A stretch of DNA of 64,000 nt, taken from positions 11,279 through 75,278 of the IMG/VR virus record IMGVR_UViG_3300027788_000008. One strand, 5' to 3'. The notes under the pieces are model-generated. The model made no database searches, had not been told where the DNA came from, and saw only the letters and a list, made by a program, of their open reading frames with translations. The translations under genes and the position numbers were made by a program. Positions 38,878-48,988 of the stretch are shown piece after piece (the stretch's first letter is position 1; every line of letters begins with the position of its first letter). The stretch is from a virus.

Positions 38878-39270
38878 ATGAGTGATGATAAAGAAGACAA
38901 AGATAATGATTATGAATTTGCTCGAGAGACTCTGTATGATATGATCTGTAAAGGTCGTGATGGCGTAGAGGAAATGCTCGAGGTTGCGAAAGCATCTGAG
39001 CATCCCCGCGCATATGAAGTGCTAGCAAAACTGATGAAGGATACTGCTGATGTTTCTGGACAACTACTACACCTCCACCAACAAAAGAAAAATATAGAGA
39101 AGGTAGACAGAGCATCCACACCAACATCTTCTGGCGACACTAACGTGTTCATTGGTTCTACCACAGACCTCCAACGTATGTTGAAGGATATAAATGGCGA
39201 AAAGGATGTGATTCCGACAGATTATGACACAATTGAAGATTCCACAGATAGTCGACACGACCAAGAATAA
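38878..39270 (+). CDS. g16: Terminase small subunit gp16
   Basis: DYEFARETL, SEHPRAYEV, VFIGSTTDLQRML. Confidence 0.92.
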   Translation: MSDDKEDKDNDYEFARETLYDMICKGRDGVEEMLEVAKASEHPRAYEVLAKLMKDTADVSGQLLHLHQQKKNIEKVDRASTPTSSGDTNVFIGSTTDLQRMLKDINGEKDVIPTDYDTIEDSTDSRHDQE

Positions 39271-40867
39271 GTCAGATACAAATTATCTCGCTAACCCACA
39301 TATCAAACGGGACGGCATAGAAGAAGATTGGACAAAAGAGAAGGTGGGGGAATATGCCAAGTGCATGTCTGACCCATCATACTTTGCTCGAGCATATCTT
39401 AAAGTGATCAACTTGAACGATGGTCTGGTTCCATTTGAACTATATCCATATCAAGAAGAAATGTTCAATCATTTCAACAATAACAGATTCTCCGTAATCC
39501 TTGCATGTCGCCAGTCGGGTAAGTCTATATCCTCTGTTGGATACATTCTATGGTATGCTCTATTTCACCCCGAGAAGAATATCGCTATTGTAGCAAACAA
39601 AGGTGCTACTGCGAGAGAAATGCTCTCTCGTGTTACCCTTATGTTGGAGAACCTCCCGTTCTTTCTACAACCTGGATGTAAGAGTCTGAACAAAGGCACC
39701 ATTGAATTCAGCAACAACTCAAAGATATTCGCAGCTGCCACTTCGGGATCTTCTATTCGTGGTCAGTCGGTCAACCTGCTGTTTATGGATGAGTTTGCCT
39801 TTGTCGAGAAAGCAGCTGAGTTCTATACGTCAACATACCCTGTTGTATCTTCTGGTAAGAATACAAAGGTCATCGTGACTTCCACTGCTAATGGCATCGG
39901 TAATCCTTTCCATAAGATATGGGAAGGTGCTGTACAAGGCGTGAATGAATTCAAACCATTTCGTGTTGACTGGTGGGATGTTCCTGGAAGGGACGAGAAG
40001 TGGAAGGCAGAAACAATCGCAAACACTTCACAAATACAGTTCGACCAAGAATTCGGAAACACATTCTTTGGAACTGGAGATACCCTCATTAACCCTGAAA
40101 CCCTTCTAAACTTGAAGACTTCTCGTCCCAAGAAGATCCTTGAGGGTGGCGATCTACTTGTATATGATGAAACCCGCAAGGGTTCGCAATACGTCATGTG
40201 TGTTGATGTTGCAAAAGGCAGGGGGCAGGATTTCTCTACGTTTAACGTGATCGATATTACTAGCAGACCATTCAAGCAGGTCGCTGTCTATCGCAACAAT
40301 CTTATATCTCCGTTGCTCTTTCCAGATATTATTTATAAATGGGCAAATTCCTACAATGAGGCATACGTTATTATAGAATCAAACGATGCTGGTGCAATTG
40401 TTTGTAATGGTATCTACCATGAGATGGAATATGAAAACGTACACATGGAGTCAATGACCAAGTCCAGTGGTATTGGTGTAGAGATGACACGAAGAATAAA
40501 GAGAATAGGTTGTTCTGGATTTAAAGACCTATTAGAGACAAATAAACTTGAAGTTGTAGATGAAAATACCATACTAGAGATCTCTACATTTGAGGTTAAG
40601 GGTGCTTCATATGAAGCGTCCTCTGGTAACCATGATGATCTTGTTATGAACTTTGTTATGTTTGGATACCTAACATCGACAACGTTCTTTCAAGAGTTGA
40701 CTGACATAGATATTAAGAAGATGATGTTTGACCAAAGGATGAGAGAGATTGAAGAAGATGTACCACCATTTGGTTTCCAGGACAACACTGGCGTGGAAGA
40801 GATTACTTACGAACAGAGAATGGATCCATGGAGCATGTTGCACGGAGATGAGGAGATCCTTTCGTAG
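39224..40867 (+). CDS. g17: Terminase large subunit gp17
   Basis: Walker A RQSGKS, Walker B LLFMDEFAF, STANG, nuclease VDVAKGRGQD, HDDLVM. Confidence 0.97.
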   Translation: MTQLKIPQIVDTTKNKSDTNYLANPHIKRDGIEEDWTKEKVGEYAKCMSDPSYFARAYLKVINLNDGLVPFELYPYQEEMFNHFNNNRFSVILACRQSGKSISSVGYILWYALFHPEKNIAIVANKGATAREMLSRVTLMLENLPFFLQPGCKSLNKGTIEFSNNSKIFAAATSGSSIRGQSVNLLFMDEFAFVEKAAEFYTSTYPVVSSGKNTKVIVTSTANGIGNPFHKIWEGAVQGVNEFKPFRVDWWDVPGRDEKWKAETIANTSQIQFDQEFGNTFFGTGDTLINPETLLNLKTSRPKKILEGGDLLVYDETRKGSQYVMCVDVAKGRGQDFSTFNVIDITSRPFKQVAVYRNNLISPLLFPDIIYKWANSYNEAYVIIESNDAGAIVCNGIYHEMEYENVHMESMTKSSGIGVEMTRRIKRIGCSGFKDLLETNKLEVVDENTILEISTFEVKGASYEASSGNHDDLVMNFVMFGYLTSTTFFQELTDIDIKKMMFDQRMREIEEDVPPFGFQDNTGVEEITYEQRMDPWSMLHGDEEILS

Positions 40868-40878
40868 ATCGTGATAGT

Positions 40879-40886
40879 TATAAATA
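40879..40886 (+). promoter_or_regulatory. T4-type late promoter TATAAATA (upstream of gp18)
   Basis: Exact consensus. Confidence 0.85.
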
Positions 40887-40963
40887 AGAGCATTGAACGC
40901 TCGATGGCGGGTGTCATCCTTATAATGATACATATAATTTTCGATCGAAACGAGGAATAAAAA

Positions 40964-42799
40964 ATGGCACTAACAACTTCCATGTCCCCCGCAATCGATG
41001 TTAAAGAAATAGATCTCACTGGTGTTGCGCCAAATGTAGAAACTTCTTTAACAGGAATGGTGGGTCAATTTCAATGGGGTCCAGTAAACGAACCTACTTC
41101 TATTCAGAATAAACAACAACTCGTAGAGGTATTCGGAACTCCGTCTCCCACTAATGCTGTTGATTTTTACTCTGCTGATAAGTACCTTCAATACTCATCC
41201 AACCTTATAATCAACCGACAAATAACTCAGACCGGCGAACCTGATGCTACAGATAGCGCACTGAACTCCACCTTGTCTGGAGGAGTCCTTCTGGTAGAGA
41301 ACGATAAATCTTGGGAAGGTATATCGACAACCGAAACGTTTGTTGGAAAATATCCTGGATCATTAGGAAACTCTTTGTCAGTTTCTATTTTTGCTATTGA
41401 GAGTGGATCAAATGATTCCGCTTCTGCCACGCTCGATAACTGGGTCTCGTGGCCGTATGCTAATCGTTTTGATGGTATCCCAGGAACTTCTACTTGGGCA
41501 AGACAGCAATCTACTTCGACAGTACATGATGAGGTTCATGTTGTTGTTATCGATCACGGTGGCAAGATCAGCGGCACAAAGAATACTGTACTTGAAATCT
41601 ACCCATATGTTTCTGTTGCCTACGGTGCAAAGACTGTGGACAACGGTAACAACTACATAGGTGATGCTATCAATAATGGTTCATCTTATATTCGTTTCGG
41701 CGACTGGACGAAAACAGCTGGCGTCATCGACGCAGCTGCCATCACCGCATCCCCTTGCGTCTTAGGAGCTAACTGGGGAAAGACACCAGAAGCAGCTGTC
41801 AATGCCGGCGTATCAGACTTCGCCACGGACGTCGCAGTACTCGACTTTACGGCCGCCGGTAAGGTGACAAATCCGTTAACGGGCGGAGCAGACCACCAAG
41901 CACTGACTACTGGTGATTTTGCCCTTGCATTTGATAACTTCGAAGACCCTGAAGCAGTTGATGTTCAGATTTTGGTCGCTCCAGGTATGACGACTTCCGC
42001 GTCTCAAATTACAGTAGTCAATGACCTCGTGGCCATTGCTGAGGGGATTCGTAAGGATTGCGTCATTGTTACTTCGCCAGACCGAACGTCTGTTGTTAAC
42101 AATGCAAACCCTGTGGGCACCAGCATTTTAACATGTAACGGTTTCAGTGCGTCCAACTACTTGTTTGTTGATAACAACTATCTGCGCGTTCGGGACGAAT
42201 ATAATGATAATTATATCTACATCCCTGCTGCCTCAAGCACTGCTGGTTTGTTTGCTGCTACTGATGCCAATTATGGTCCATGGTACTCGCCTGCTGGTGA
42301 ACAGCGTGGAGAATACCTTGGCATCAGTGATTTGGCGTACACTCCTAATAAGAGCGACCGTGACACTCTGTATAAAGTTGGGATCAACCCAATAGTACAG
42401 TTCAGTGGAAGGGGCGTCTTGTTGTTCGGCGACAAGACCAAGCAATCACGACCAAGTGCGTTTGACCGCATTAACGTTCGTCGTCTGTTCCTTGCTATTG
42501 AGAAATCTATCGCAATCGCTGCTCGCAACTTTATGTTCGAGTTCAATGATGATTTCACCCGCTCTGAGTTTGTTGCGATCGTAGAACCTCTTCTGCGTGA
42601 AATACAATCACGAAGAGGTATCAGCGATTTCTTCGTTCAGTGTGATAATAGAAACAATACATCAGAAGTCATTGCACGAAATGAAATGGTCGCTTCTATG
42701 TTCATTAAACCTGCTTACTCAATCAACTTCATTACTCTCAACTTCGTTGCTACCCGCGACGGGTCGGCGTTCGAAGAAGTTGTTGGTACGCTTTCTTAA
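40964..42799 (+). CDS. g18: Tail sheath protein gp18
   Basis: SP.IDVKEIDLT, FQWGPV, PWYSPAG, GDKT...SAFDRINVRRLF, INFITLNFVATR. Confidence 0.97.
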   Translation: MALTTSMSPAIDVKEIDLTGVAPNVETSLTGMVGQFQWGPVNEPTSIQNKQQLVEVFGTPSPTNAVDFYSADKYLQYSSNLIINRQITQTGEPDATDSALNSTLSGGVLLVENDKSWEGISTTETFVGKYPGSLGNSLSVSIFAIESGSNDSASATLDNWVSWPYANRFDGIPGTSTWARQQSTSTVHDEVHVVVIDHGGKISGTKNTVLEIYPYVSVAYGAKTVDNGNNYIGDAINNGSSYIRFGDWTKTAGVIDAAAITASPCVLGANWGKTPEAAVNAGVSDFATDVAVLDFTAAGKVTNPLTGGADHQALTTGDFALAFDNFEDPEAVDVQILVAPGMTTSASQITVVNDLVAIAEGIRKDCVIVTSPDRTSVVNNANPVGTSILTCNGFSASNYLFVDNNYLRVRDEYNDNYIYIPAASSTAGLFAATDANYGPWYSPAGEQRGEYLGISDLAYTPNKSDRDTLYKVGINPIVQFSGRGVLLFGDKTKQSRPSAFDRINVRRLFLAIEKSIAIAARNFMFEFNDDFTRSEFVAIVEPLLREIQSRRGISDFFVQCDNRNNTSEVIARNEMVASMFIKPAYSINFITLNFVATRDGSAFEEVVGTLS

Positions 42800-42822
42800 A
42801 AGACATCTAAGGAGAAACAAAG

Positions 42823-43362
42823 ATGGCATTTTTACAAGTAGACGATTTTAAAGGCAAGATGAAAGGTGGCGGTGCTCGGGCCAACATGTTTGAAGTTAAT
42901 GTCAATTATCCAGGATATACTGGTGGACAGAAAGAAATGACTAACTTTATGTGTCGTGCGGCATCACTGCCTGGATCGACCATTGCAGCTGTGGAAGTCC
43001 CATTCCGTGGTCGTATCATTAAACTTGCGGGAGACCGCACGTTTGAACCTTGGCAGTTGACTGTATATAACGACACAACGTTTGAAGTCCGTGATGCTTT
43101 TGAAGCATGGATGGATGGCATGAATACTCATGCTGGAAACTCCGCCGAGAGAGCAAACAATAACGGTGTCGGAACATATGCTACCAATATGGAAGTCATA
43201 CAACTGAATCAACTTGGTGAAGGAGTCAAGACTTACTTCTTGAAGAACTGTTTCCCAACTAACGTATCTGCGATCGACCTTGATTATTCACAAGCAGGCG
43301 AGATCGAGCAGTTCACCGTTACTATTGAGTATGATTACTGGACAAACGACAACACCAACTAA
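42823..43362 (+). CDS. g19: Tail tube protein gp19
   Basis: GGARANMFEV, FRGRIIKLAGDRTFEPW, IEQFTVTIEYDYW. Confidence 0.97.
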   Translation: MAFLQVDDFKGKMKGGGARANMFEVNVNYPGYTGGQKEMTNFMCRAASLPGSTIAAVEVPFRGRIIKLAGDRTFEPWQLTVYNDTTFEVRDAFEAWMDGMNTHAGNSAERANNNGVGTYATNMEVIQLNQLGEGVKTYFLKNCFPTNVSAIDLDYSQAGEIEQFTVTIEYDYWTNDNTN

Positions 43363-43385
43363 GGTTGGCGAGTCGTCCTAAGTAT

Positions 43386-43416
43386 AAGCAGGGGGAGGAA
43401 ACTCCTCCTGCTTTTC
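43386..43416 (+). terminator. Rho-independent terminator after gp19
   Basis: AAGCAGGGGGAG-GAAA-CTCCTCCTGCTT stem followed by a short T run. Confidence 0.7.
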
Positions 43417-43452
43417 ATCACTATATAATGCAATTACGAACAAGGAAAGAAA

Positions 43453-45018
43453 ATGGCAGACAACGGTATTAAACTGTTTGGATTCGAGATAAATCGTTCC
43501 AAGAAAGACAAGGAAGCAGTTGAATCAATTCCTTCAGGCAGCGTTGTGCCACCAACAGACGATGATGGTACTGGTTATGTAACCTCGTCACCTCTGGTCT
43601 CTGGCACATACATGGACATCTATGCCGACCTAAAATTTAAAGATCAAGCAGATCTTATCCGAAAATATCGCGCCAATTCAACCCACCCTGAAGTGGACAT
43701 GGCTATAGAAGAAATCGTCAATGAAGCAATTGTTATTCCAGATGACGAAAACGTGGTTGAAGTAAACCTCGATAATGTTGAAATCTCAGCAAACATTAAA
43801 AAGAAAGTACACGCAGAGTTCCAACATGTACTGAACATGTTAACATTCAACGAAAGAGCACACGACATTTTTCGCTCCTGGTATGTTGATGGTAGGTTAT
43901 ACCACCACCTAATTGTTGACAAATCTCAACTCAAAAATGGTATCCAGGAAGTTCGTTATATCGACTCCACCAAAGTCCGTAAGGTCAAGAACGTCAAGAA
44001 GAAAGTTGACGCAGCAACAGGCGTATCTGTTGTAGACAAGATAGAAGAGTTCTATATCTATAATGAGAAACCTGTCGGCGATAAATCGAACGCAGCATCT
44101 CACACAATAGATGCGAAGAATACTTCTGTCAGACTGAGTAACGATTCTGTTAGTTATGTTACCTCCGGTTTGTTAGATGAATCGAGGACAATGGTCGTCT
44201 CCCACTTACACAAAGCAATGCGCCCAATGAACCAACTGCGCATGATGGAAGACTCCCTCATTATCTACAGATTAGCAAGGGCACCTGAGCGTAGAATTTT
44301 CTATGTAGATACTGGTAACTTGCCACGTGGTAAGTCTGAGGCATATGTCAACAACCTAATGACACGCTACAGAAACAAACTTGTGTATGATCAAACGACA
44401 GGCGAACTGAAAGATTCTCGCAAGCACATGTCTATGCTGGACGACTTCTGGTTACCTCGACGTGAAGGAGGCCGCGGTACTGAAGTGACTACACTTCCAG
44501 GCGGTACAAACCTTGGCGAAATTGATGATGTTAAATATTTCCAACGCAAAGTATACCAAGCATTGAACGTGCCTGTTTCTCGCCTTGAGCAAGAACAGGC
44601 ATACTCCTTGGGTCGTGCGACTGAGATAAACCGTGAGGAAATAAAATTCCAGAAGTTTATTACTCGACTTCGCGCAAGGTTCAGCAAGTTGTTCTATCAT
44701 ATTTTGCGCCAACAGTTAGTGTTGAAGGGGGTCATCACTGATGCAGATTGGCAAGAACTCTTTCACAACCGTATCCGAGTCGAGTTCTATAAAGATAATC
44801 ATTACACAGAGTTGAAAGACGCTGAAGTAATGACTCAAAGACTCCAACTGGTCGATCAAGCATCACAGTATGTTGGAGAGTACCTGAGTAAAGAGTGGGT
44901 AATGACGAATATTTTCCGCTTCACCAAAGAAGAAGCGGAAGAGATGGCCACCACTATCAAGGCAGAAATAGAATCTGGTGATGTTGATCCAGACGCAGAT
45001 GAAAAAGAGCAAAACTGA
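43453..45018 (+). CDS. g20: Portal protein gp20
   Basis: WYVDGR, NQLRMMEDSLIIYRLARAPERRIFYVD.GNLP, DFWLPRREGGRGTEVTTLPGG. Confidence 0.97.
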   Translation: MADNGIKLFGFEINRSKKDKEAVESIPSGSVVPPTDDDGTGYVTSSPLVSGTYMDIYADLKFKDQADLIRKYRANSTHPEVDMAIEEIVNEAIVIPDDENVVEVNLDNVEISANIKKKVHAEFQHVLNMLTFNERAHDIFRSWYVDGRLYHHLIVDKSQLKNGIQEVRYIDSTKVRKVKNVKKKVDAATGVSVVDKIEEFYIYNEKPVGDKSNAASHTIDAKNTSVRLSNDSVSYVTSGLLDESRTMVVSHLHKAMRPMNQLRMMEDSLIIYRLARAPERRIFYVDTGNLPRGKSEAYVNNLMTRYRNKLVYDQTTGELKDSRKHMSMLDDFWLPRREGGRGTEVTTLPGGTNLGEIDDVKYFQRKVYQALNVPVSRLEQEQAYSLGRATEINREEIKFQKFITRLRARFSKLFYHILRQQLVLKGVITDADWQELFHNRIRVEFYKDNHYTELKDAEVMTQRLQLVDQASQYVGEYLSKEWVMTNIFRFTKEEAEEMATTIKAEIESGDVDPDADEKEQN

Positions 45019-45062
45019 TACTCGGAAGAGTATCATAAACATGTAAATTATTGGAGATTATA

Positions 45063-45440
45063 ATGAGTGAAGAAACTGTAGATTATGAAGTGATTACACC
45101 AAGCATAGAAAATATGCTAGATGCCATCAAAGGCAATAAACCACTAGACTCGGGCAAGATATTCGCCGATCTCATGTCGGGTAAGATCGAAGATGCTCTT
45201 GAACAAGAGAAAATTCGCATTGCTGACGCTGTTTATAATAGAGACGGTTCCGATGATGAAGAAACTGAGGAAGAAACTGAGGAAGAAGAATTTGAGTCCG
45301 ACGTTGAAGATGAATCCGAAGTTGAAGATGAATCCGACGTTGAGGAAGTTGAACACGAACTCGAATATGACGTTGAAGAAGAATCTGATGAAGAGATAGA
45401 GATGGATATCGAAGACATCCTTGATGAAGACGAAGATTAG
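45063..45440 (+). CDS. Prohead core protein gp67-like (very acidic C-terminus)
   Basis: Follows the portal gene and has an acidic tail. ATG at 45063 with a GGAG SD is preferred over the TTG at 45051. Confidence 0.65.
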   Translation: MSEETVDYEVITPSIENMLDAIKGNKPLDSGKIFADLMSGKIEDALEQEKIRIADAVYNRDGSDDEETEEETEEEEFESDVEDESEVEDESDVEEVEHELEYDVEEESDEEIEMDIEDILDEDED

Positions 45441-45446
45441 AGATAG

Positions 45447-45454
45447 TATAAATA
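45447..45454 (+). promoter_or_regulatory. T4-type late promoter TATAAATA
   Basis: Exact consensus upstream of 45461 and gp21. Confidence 0.8.
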
Positions 45455-45460
45455 AACAAT

Positions 45461-45661
45461 ATGAGATACTTTACAGAGTTGCGAAATAAAACACCGATAG
45501 GCGATCTAGTCTACAGCAAGAAACACAACAGAGTTGTTTGTGCTGTATATAAGACCAAGAAAGGTTTTGATGCGTATATTGACGGTGATCATCTCGACAC
45601 CTTCCGTTCTAATAAGGACGCTGTAAAAGCAATAGAGACTGCAATCAAGGAATTATTTTAA
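45461..45661 (+). CDS. Small hypothetical head-module protein
   Basis: 66-aa ORF coupled to gp21 by TAATG. Confidence 0.65.
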   Translation: MRYFTELRNKTPIGDLVYSKKHNRVVCAVYKTKKGFDAYIDGDHLDTFRSNKDAVKAIETAIKELF

Positions 45662-46326
45662 TGAAACTGATCGCTGAATTCAATGAACAGAATGTCAACT
45701 GCATCGTCGAGAAAAACGAGAAAGGCGAAAAGTCTTACTTCATTGAAGGTGTATTTGCACAAGCAGAGCAAAAGAATCGGAACGGTAGAATCTACCCGAA
45801 GAAAATTATGAAGTCTGCTGTGGACAAGTATGTCGAAGAGCAAGTTTCAAAGAACCGAGCAGTTGGCGAGTTGAACCATCCTGAAGGTCCAACAGTCAAC
45901 CTCGACAAAGTTTCGCATCTCATCACTGACCTTCATTTTGAAGGCAATGATGTGGTCGGAAAGGCATCAATATTAGATACTCCGATGGGTAAAATTGTAA
46001 AAGGTTTGCTTGCAGGTGGTGTCAACCTTGGTGTCTCAACTCGTGGAATGGGTAGTCTTGAGCAACGTGGCGGTGCCTCGTATGTTGGAGAAGACTTTGT
46101 TTTAAGTACAATTGATATTGTACAAGATCCATCAGCACCAAACGCTTTCGTTAATGGAATTATGGAAGGTGTTGACTGGTACTGGAACAAAGGAATCTTA
46201 GTGGCTCAAGAAATATGTGAAGAACAAGAGACTGAAATCGTTACTCCTACTGTAAGGGCATATTCGTATGCTGAACAGACTCGTGAGTTCAAAAATTTCC
46301 TCTCCTCCCTAAAAGAAACCTTATAA
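45661..46326 (+). CDS. g21: Prohead protease gp21
   Basis: KNRNGRIYP, GELNHP, GVSTRGMGSL, DIVQDPSAPNAFV. Confidence 0.96.
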   Translation: MKLIAEFNEQNVNCIVEKNEKGEKSYFIEGVFAQAEQKNRNGRIYPKKIMKSAVDKYVEEQVSKNRAVGELNHPEGPTVNLDKVSHLITDLHFEGNDVVGKASILDTPMGKIVKGLLAGGVNLGVSTRGMGSLEQRGGASYVGEDFVLSTIDIVQDPSAPNAFVNGIMEGVDWYWNKGILVAQEICEEQETEIVTPTVRAYSYAEQTREFKNFLSSLKETL

Positions 46327-46338
46327 AAGGAGTCCATT

Positions 46339-47361
46339 ATGGATGAAGAAAGCAATATAGAACTTCATGACGAAGTTGTAGAAGAAACCGATAAGAACAC
46401 TGAAGATCAGTCTGTTGCGTCAGTAGACAAAGCAGCAGATGGTACTTCCCAAGCACCAGCACGCAAGGGTGACAAGAAGAACAGTGATCCAATGCCAAAA
46501 ACCAAAGGTGCAATGATCAACGCCATGTATAGCAAATTGAGCGGTATGAAGAAGCAAGACCTTGCTGCTTCTTACAGTTCTGTTATGGGCGAAGACGTTG
46601 ACTTTTCTGATGAAGAAGTTTTTGCAGAAGAATCTGCTGACTACTCTGAAGAATTGACTGCGCTGGTCGAGTCTGAAGCAACTCTTTCCGAAGAGTTCAA
46701 AATTAAGACTGCTGTCATTTTTGAAGCGGCATTGAATGCAAAACTCGCTGAAGAAGTTGAGCGAATTGAAGATGCTTATGAAACTAAACTTTCGGAAGAA
46801 TGTGAATCACATTCTGAAGAGCTAGTTGAGAAAGTAGATTCCTACCTAAACTATGTAGTTGAGAACTGGATGGCAGAGAACGAAGTTGCTGTTCAAAATG
46901 GACTGCGCGCCGAGATCGCTGAGAACTTTATGGAGAATCTGAAAGGATTATTCGTTGAGTCTTATATCGACGTGCCAGAAACCAAGGTCGACTTAGTTGA
47001 CGATTTGGCAGACCAAGTTGAGGAACTCGAAGAGGCACTCAATAGAACTACTGAAGAAGCAATCGCACTGAGTGAAGCAGTTGAACTTCTGCAAAGAGAC
47101 GCTATCGTTTCTGAAGCAGTAAGCGACCTTGCTGAAACTCAAGCAGAAAAGTTTGAAAAATTAGTTGAAAGTGTAGACTTTGAAGATGCTGAAACTTTCG
47201 CATATAAAGTTGCCACTGTCAAAGAATCTTTCTTTGCCCAAAGTGTTGTGGTAGAAGAAGATGTTATCGAAGATTCTGTTCCTGGCGATGATGTGACCGA
47301 AGAAGTTTCTGGTCAAATGTCGAAATATTTAAACGCAATCCGTAAAGTAAACCAAGTATAA
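46339..47361 (+). CDS. g22: Prohead scaffold protein gp22
   Basis: LSEEFK.K.AVIFEAA, VDSYLNYVVENWM.EN..A; acidic. Confidence 0.93.
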   Translation: MDEESNIELHDEVVEETDKNTEDQSVASVDKAADGTSQAPARKGDKKNSDPMPKTKGAMINAMYSKLSGMKKQDLAASYSSVMGEDVDFSDEEVFAEESADYSEELTALVESEATLSEEFKIKTAVIFEAALNAKLAEEVERIEDAYETKLSEECESHSEELVEKVDSYLNYVVENWMAENEVAVQNGLRAEIAENFMENLKGLFVESYIDVPETKVDLVDDLADQVEELEEALNRTTEEAIALSEAVELLQRDAIVSEAVSDLAETQAEKFEKLVESVDFEDAETFAYKVATVKESFFAQSVVVEEDVIEDSVPGDDVTEEVSGQMSKYLNAIRKVNQV

Positions 47362-47388
47362 TAATTACCACTCTAGGAGTTTTAAAAA

Positions 47389-48729
47389 ATGGAAATTAAC
47401 TACGAAAATCTGGTCGCCAAATGGGCACCAGTATTAAACGAAGAGTCAGCTGTAGCCATTACTGACCGCCACCGCCGCAATGTAACTGCTTGTATTCTTG
47501 AGAACCAAGAACGCGCTATGATTGCTGAAAGTGGACAGTCTCAGTTTATGACTGAAGTTGCTGCTAACGTCACAACATCTGCTGCTAAGTGGGATCCAGT
47601 ATTGATCTCTCTCGTTCGTCGCGCTATGCCTAACCTTATGGCATATGACATCTGTGGTGTTCAACCAATGACTGGACCAACTGGTCTGATCTTTGCAATG
47701 AAGTCTAAGTATAAGACTACTGCTGGCGGCGCAACTGCCACTGATGAAGCATTGTTCGGCGAAGCAGTGACTCCATACTCTGGCGACACTGCTGTCACAC
47801 AAACTGCTGACGGTTCTGGTCTTGACGGTCTCGACGACACTGGCACCGTAAACACCAGTATCGATGACGAGCGAGCTGGTCCAACTGTTGGTGGTGGTAT
47901 GACCACTGCAACTGCTGAAGCACTCGGCAACACTGGTAATGCATTCTCTGAAATGGGTTTCACCATTGAGAAAGCAACAGTTGAAGCAAAGTCACGTGCC
48001 CTGAAAGCAGAGTACACCATTGAACTAGCACAAGACCTGAAAGCAATTCACGGTCTTGACGCTGAAACAGAACTTGCTAACATCTTGTCTGTTGAAATCC
48101 TTGCCGAAATCAACCGTGAAGTTATCCGTACTGTAAACAGTCAAGCAAAGACTGGTGCTAGCACTGCTAACACCGCACTTAACGGTGTATTCAATCTCGA
48201 CACTGATGCTGACGGGCGTTGGTCTGCTGAGAAGTTCAAAGGTCTGATGGTACAACTTGACCGCGAATGTAATGCAATCGCGAAAGAAACTCGTCGTGGT
48301 AAAGGAAATGTTGCTATCGTCTCTTCTGACGTTGCTACTGCTCTTGTTGCTGCTGGCGTGCTGGACTACGCTCCCGCAATCTCTGCTAACCTGCAAGTAG
48401 ACGATACTGGTAACACCTTTGCTGGTGTTATTAACGGTCGTATTCGTGTATACATCGATCCATATGCTACTGTCGACTATGTTACTGTCGGGTACAAAGG
48501 AACAAACGCTTATGATGCAGGTATCTTCTACTGCCCATACGTTCCTCTGCAAATGGTTCGTGCCGTTGGCGAGAATGACTTCCAACCACGTATCGGGTTC
48601 AAGACTCGTTATGGTATGGCAGCTAACCCGTTTGCTGGTACAGGCACTTCAGGTGTGGGCGCAGCAACTGCTAAGACCAACCAGTACTATAGGATCTTCC
48701 GAGTTGACGCTCTGATGGTTTCTACATAA
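47389..48729 (+). CDS. g23: Major capsid protein gp23
   Basis: LVRRAMPNLMAYDICGVQPMTGPTGLIFAM, KSRALKAEYTIELAQDLKAIHGLDAE, FYCPYVPL, FQPRIGFKTRYG. Confidence 0.98.
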   Translation: MEINYENLVAKWAPVLNEESAVAITDRHRRNVTACILENQERAMIAESGQSQFMTEVAANVTTSAAKWDPVLISLVRRAMPNLMAYDICGVQPMTGPTGLIFAMKSKYKTTAGGATATDEALFGEAVTPYSGDTAVTQTADGSGLDGLDDTGTVNTSIDDERAGPTVGGGMTTATAEALGNTGNAFSEMGFTIEKATVEAKSRALKAEYTIELAQDLKAIHGLDAETELANILSVEILAEINREVIRTVNSQAKTGASTANTALNGVFNLDTDADGRWSAEKFKGLMVQLDRECNAIAKETRRGKGNVAIVSSDVATALVAAGVLDYAPAISANLQVDDTGNTFAGVINGRIRVYIDPYATVDYVTVGYKGTNAYDAGIFYCPYVPLQMVRAVGENDFQPRIGFKTRYGMAANPFAGTGTSGVGAATAKTNQYYRIFRVDALMVST

Positions 48730-48827
48730 TATCCTATAGTACGGTAGAAAGACCTGGACGTCGAACGCGGCGTCCTAACCTTCCCTACCTTGGGACAAAA
48801 ACCTAAAATAAGAATAACAAGGTTTAT

Positions 48828-48855
48828 GACCCGCTCTTCGGAGCGGGTTTTTTTA
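48828..48855 (+). terminator. Rho-independent terminator with C(UUCG)G loop after gp23
   Basis: GACCCGCTC-TTCG-GAGCGGGTT followed by a T tract. Confidence 0.93.
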
Positions 48856-48934
48856 TGCCCTCAAAACCTTCAACAACACGTAAAGTAAAATCGCTTCCAA
48901 ATTTTCCGCTATATTTTTTCGTCTAAAAACGTTG

Positions 48935-48962
48935 TTGACATTTAAGTCTAAATAGATATAAT
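48935..48962 (+). promoter_or_regulatory. Sigma70 promoter TTGACA-N16-TATAAT with an embedded late-type CTAAATA (48948..48954), upstream of gp3
   Basis: Both hexamers are perfect consensus. Confidence 0.8.
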
Positions 48963-48988
48963 AGAGAGAGTTAATCGAGGAAAGAACA

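Noticed and set aside
45016-45035. Hairpin TGATACTC-GGAA-GAGTATCA at the gp20 stop
   Set aside because: No U-tract, so it is not called a terminator. It may be a stability hairpin, but nothing further supports a function.
45258-45347. Short tandem repeats (GAAGAAACTGAG x2; ~18-bp ESDVED units x3)
   Set aside because: In-frame low-complexity expansion of the acidic tail of the prohead core protein; ordinary.
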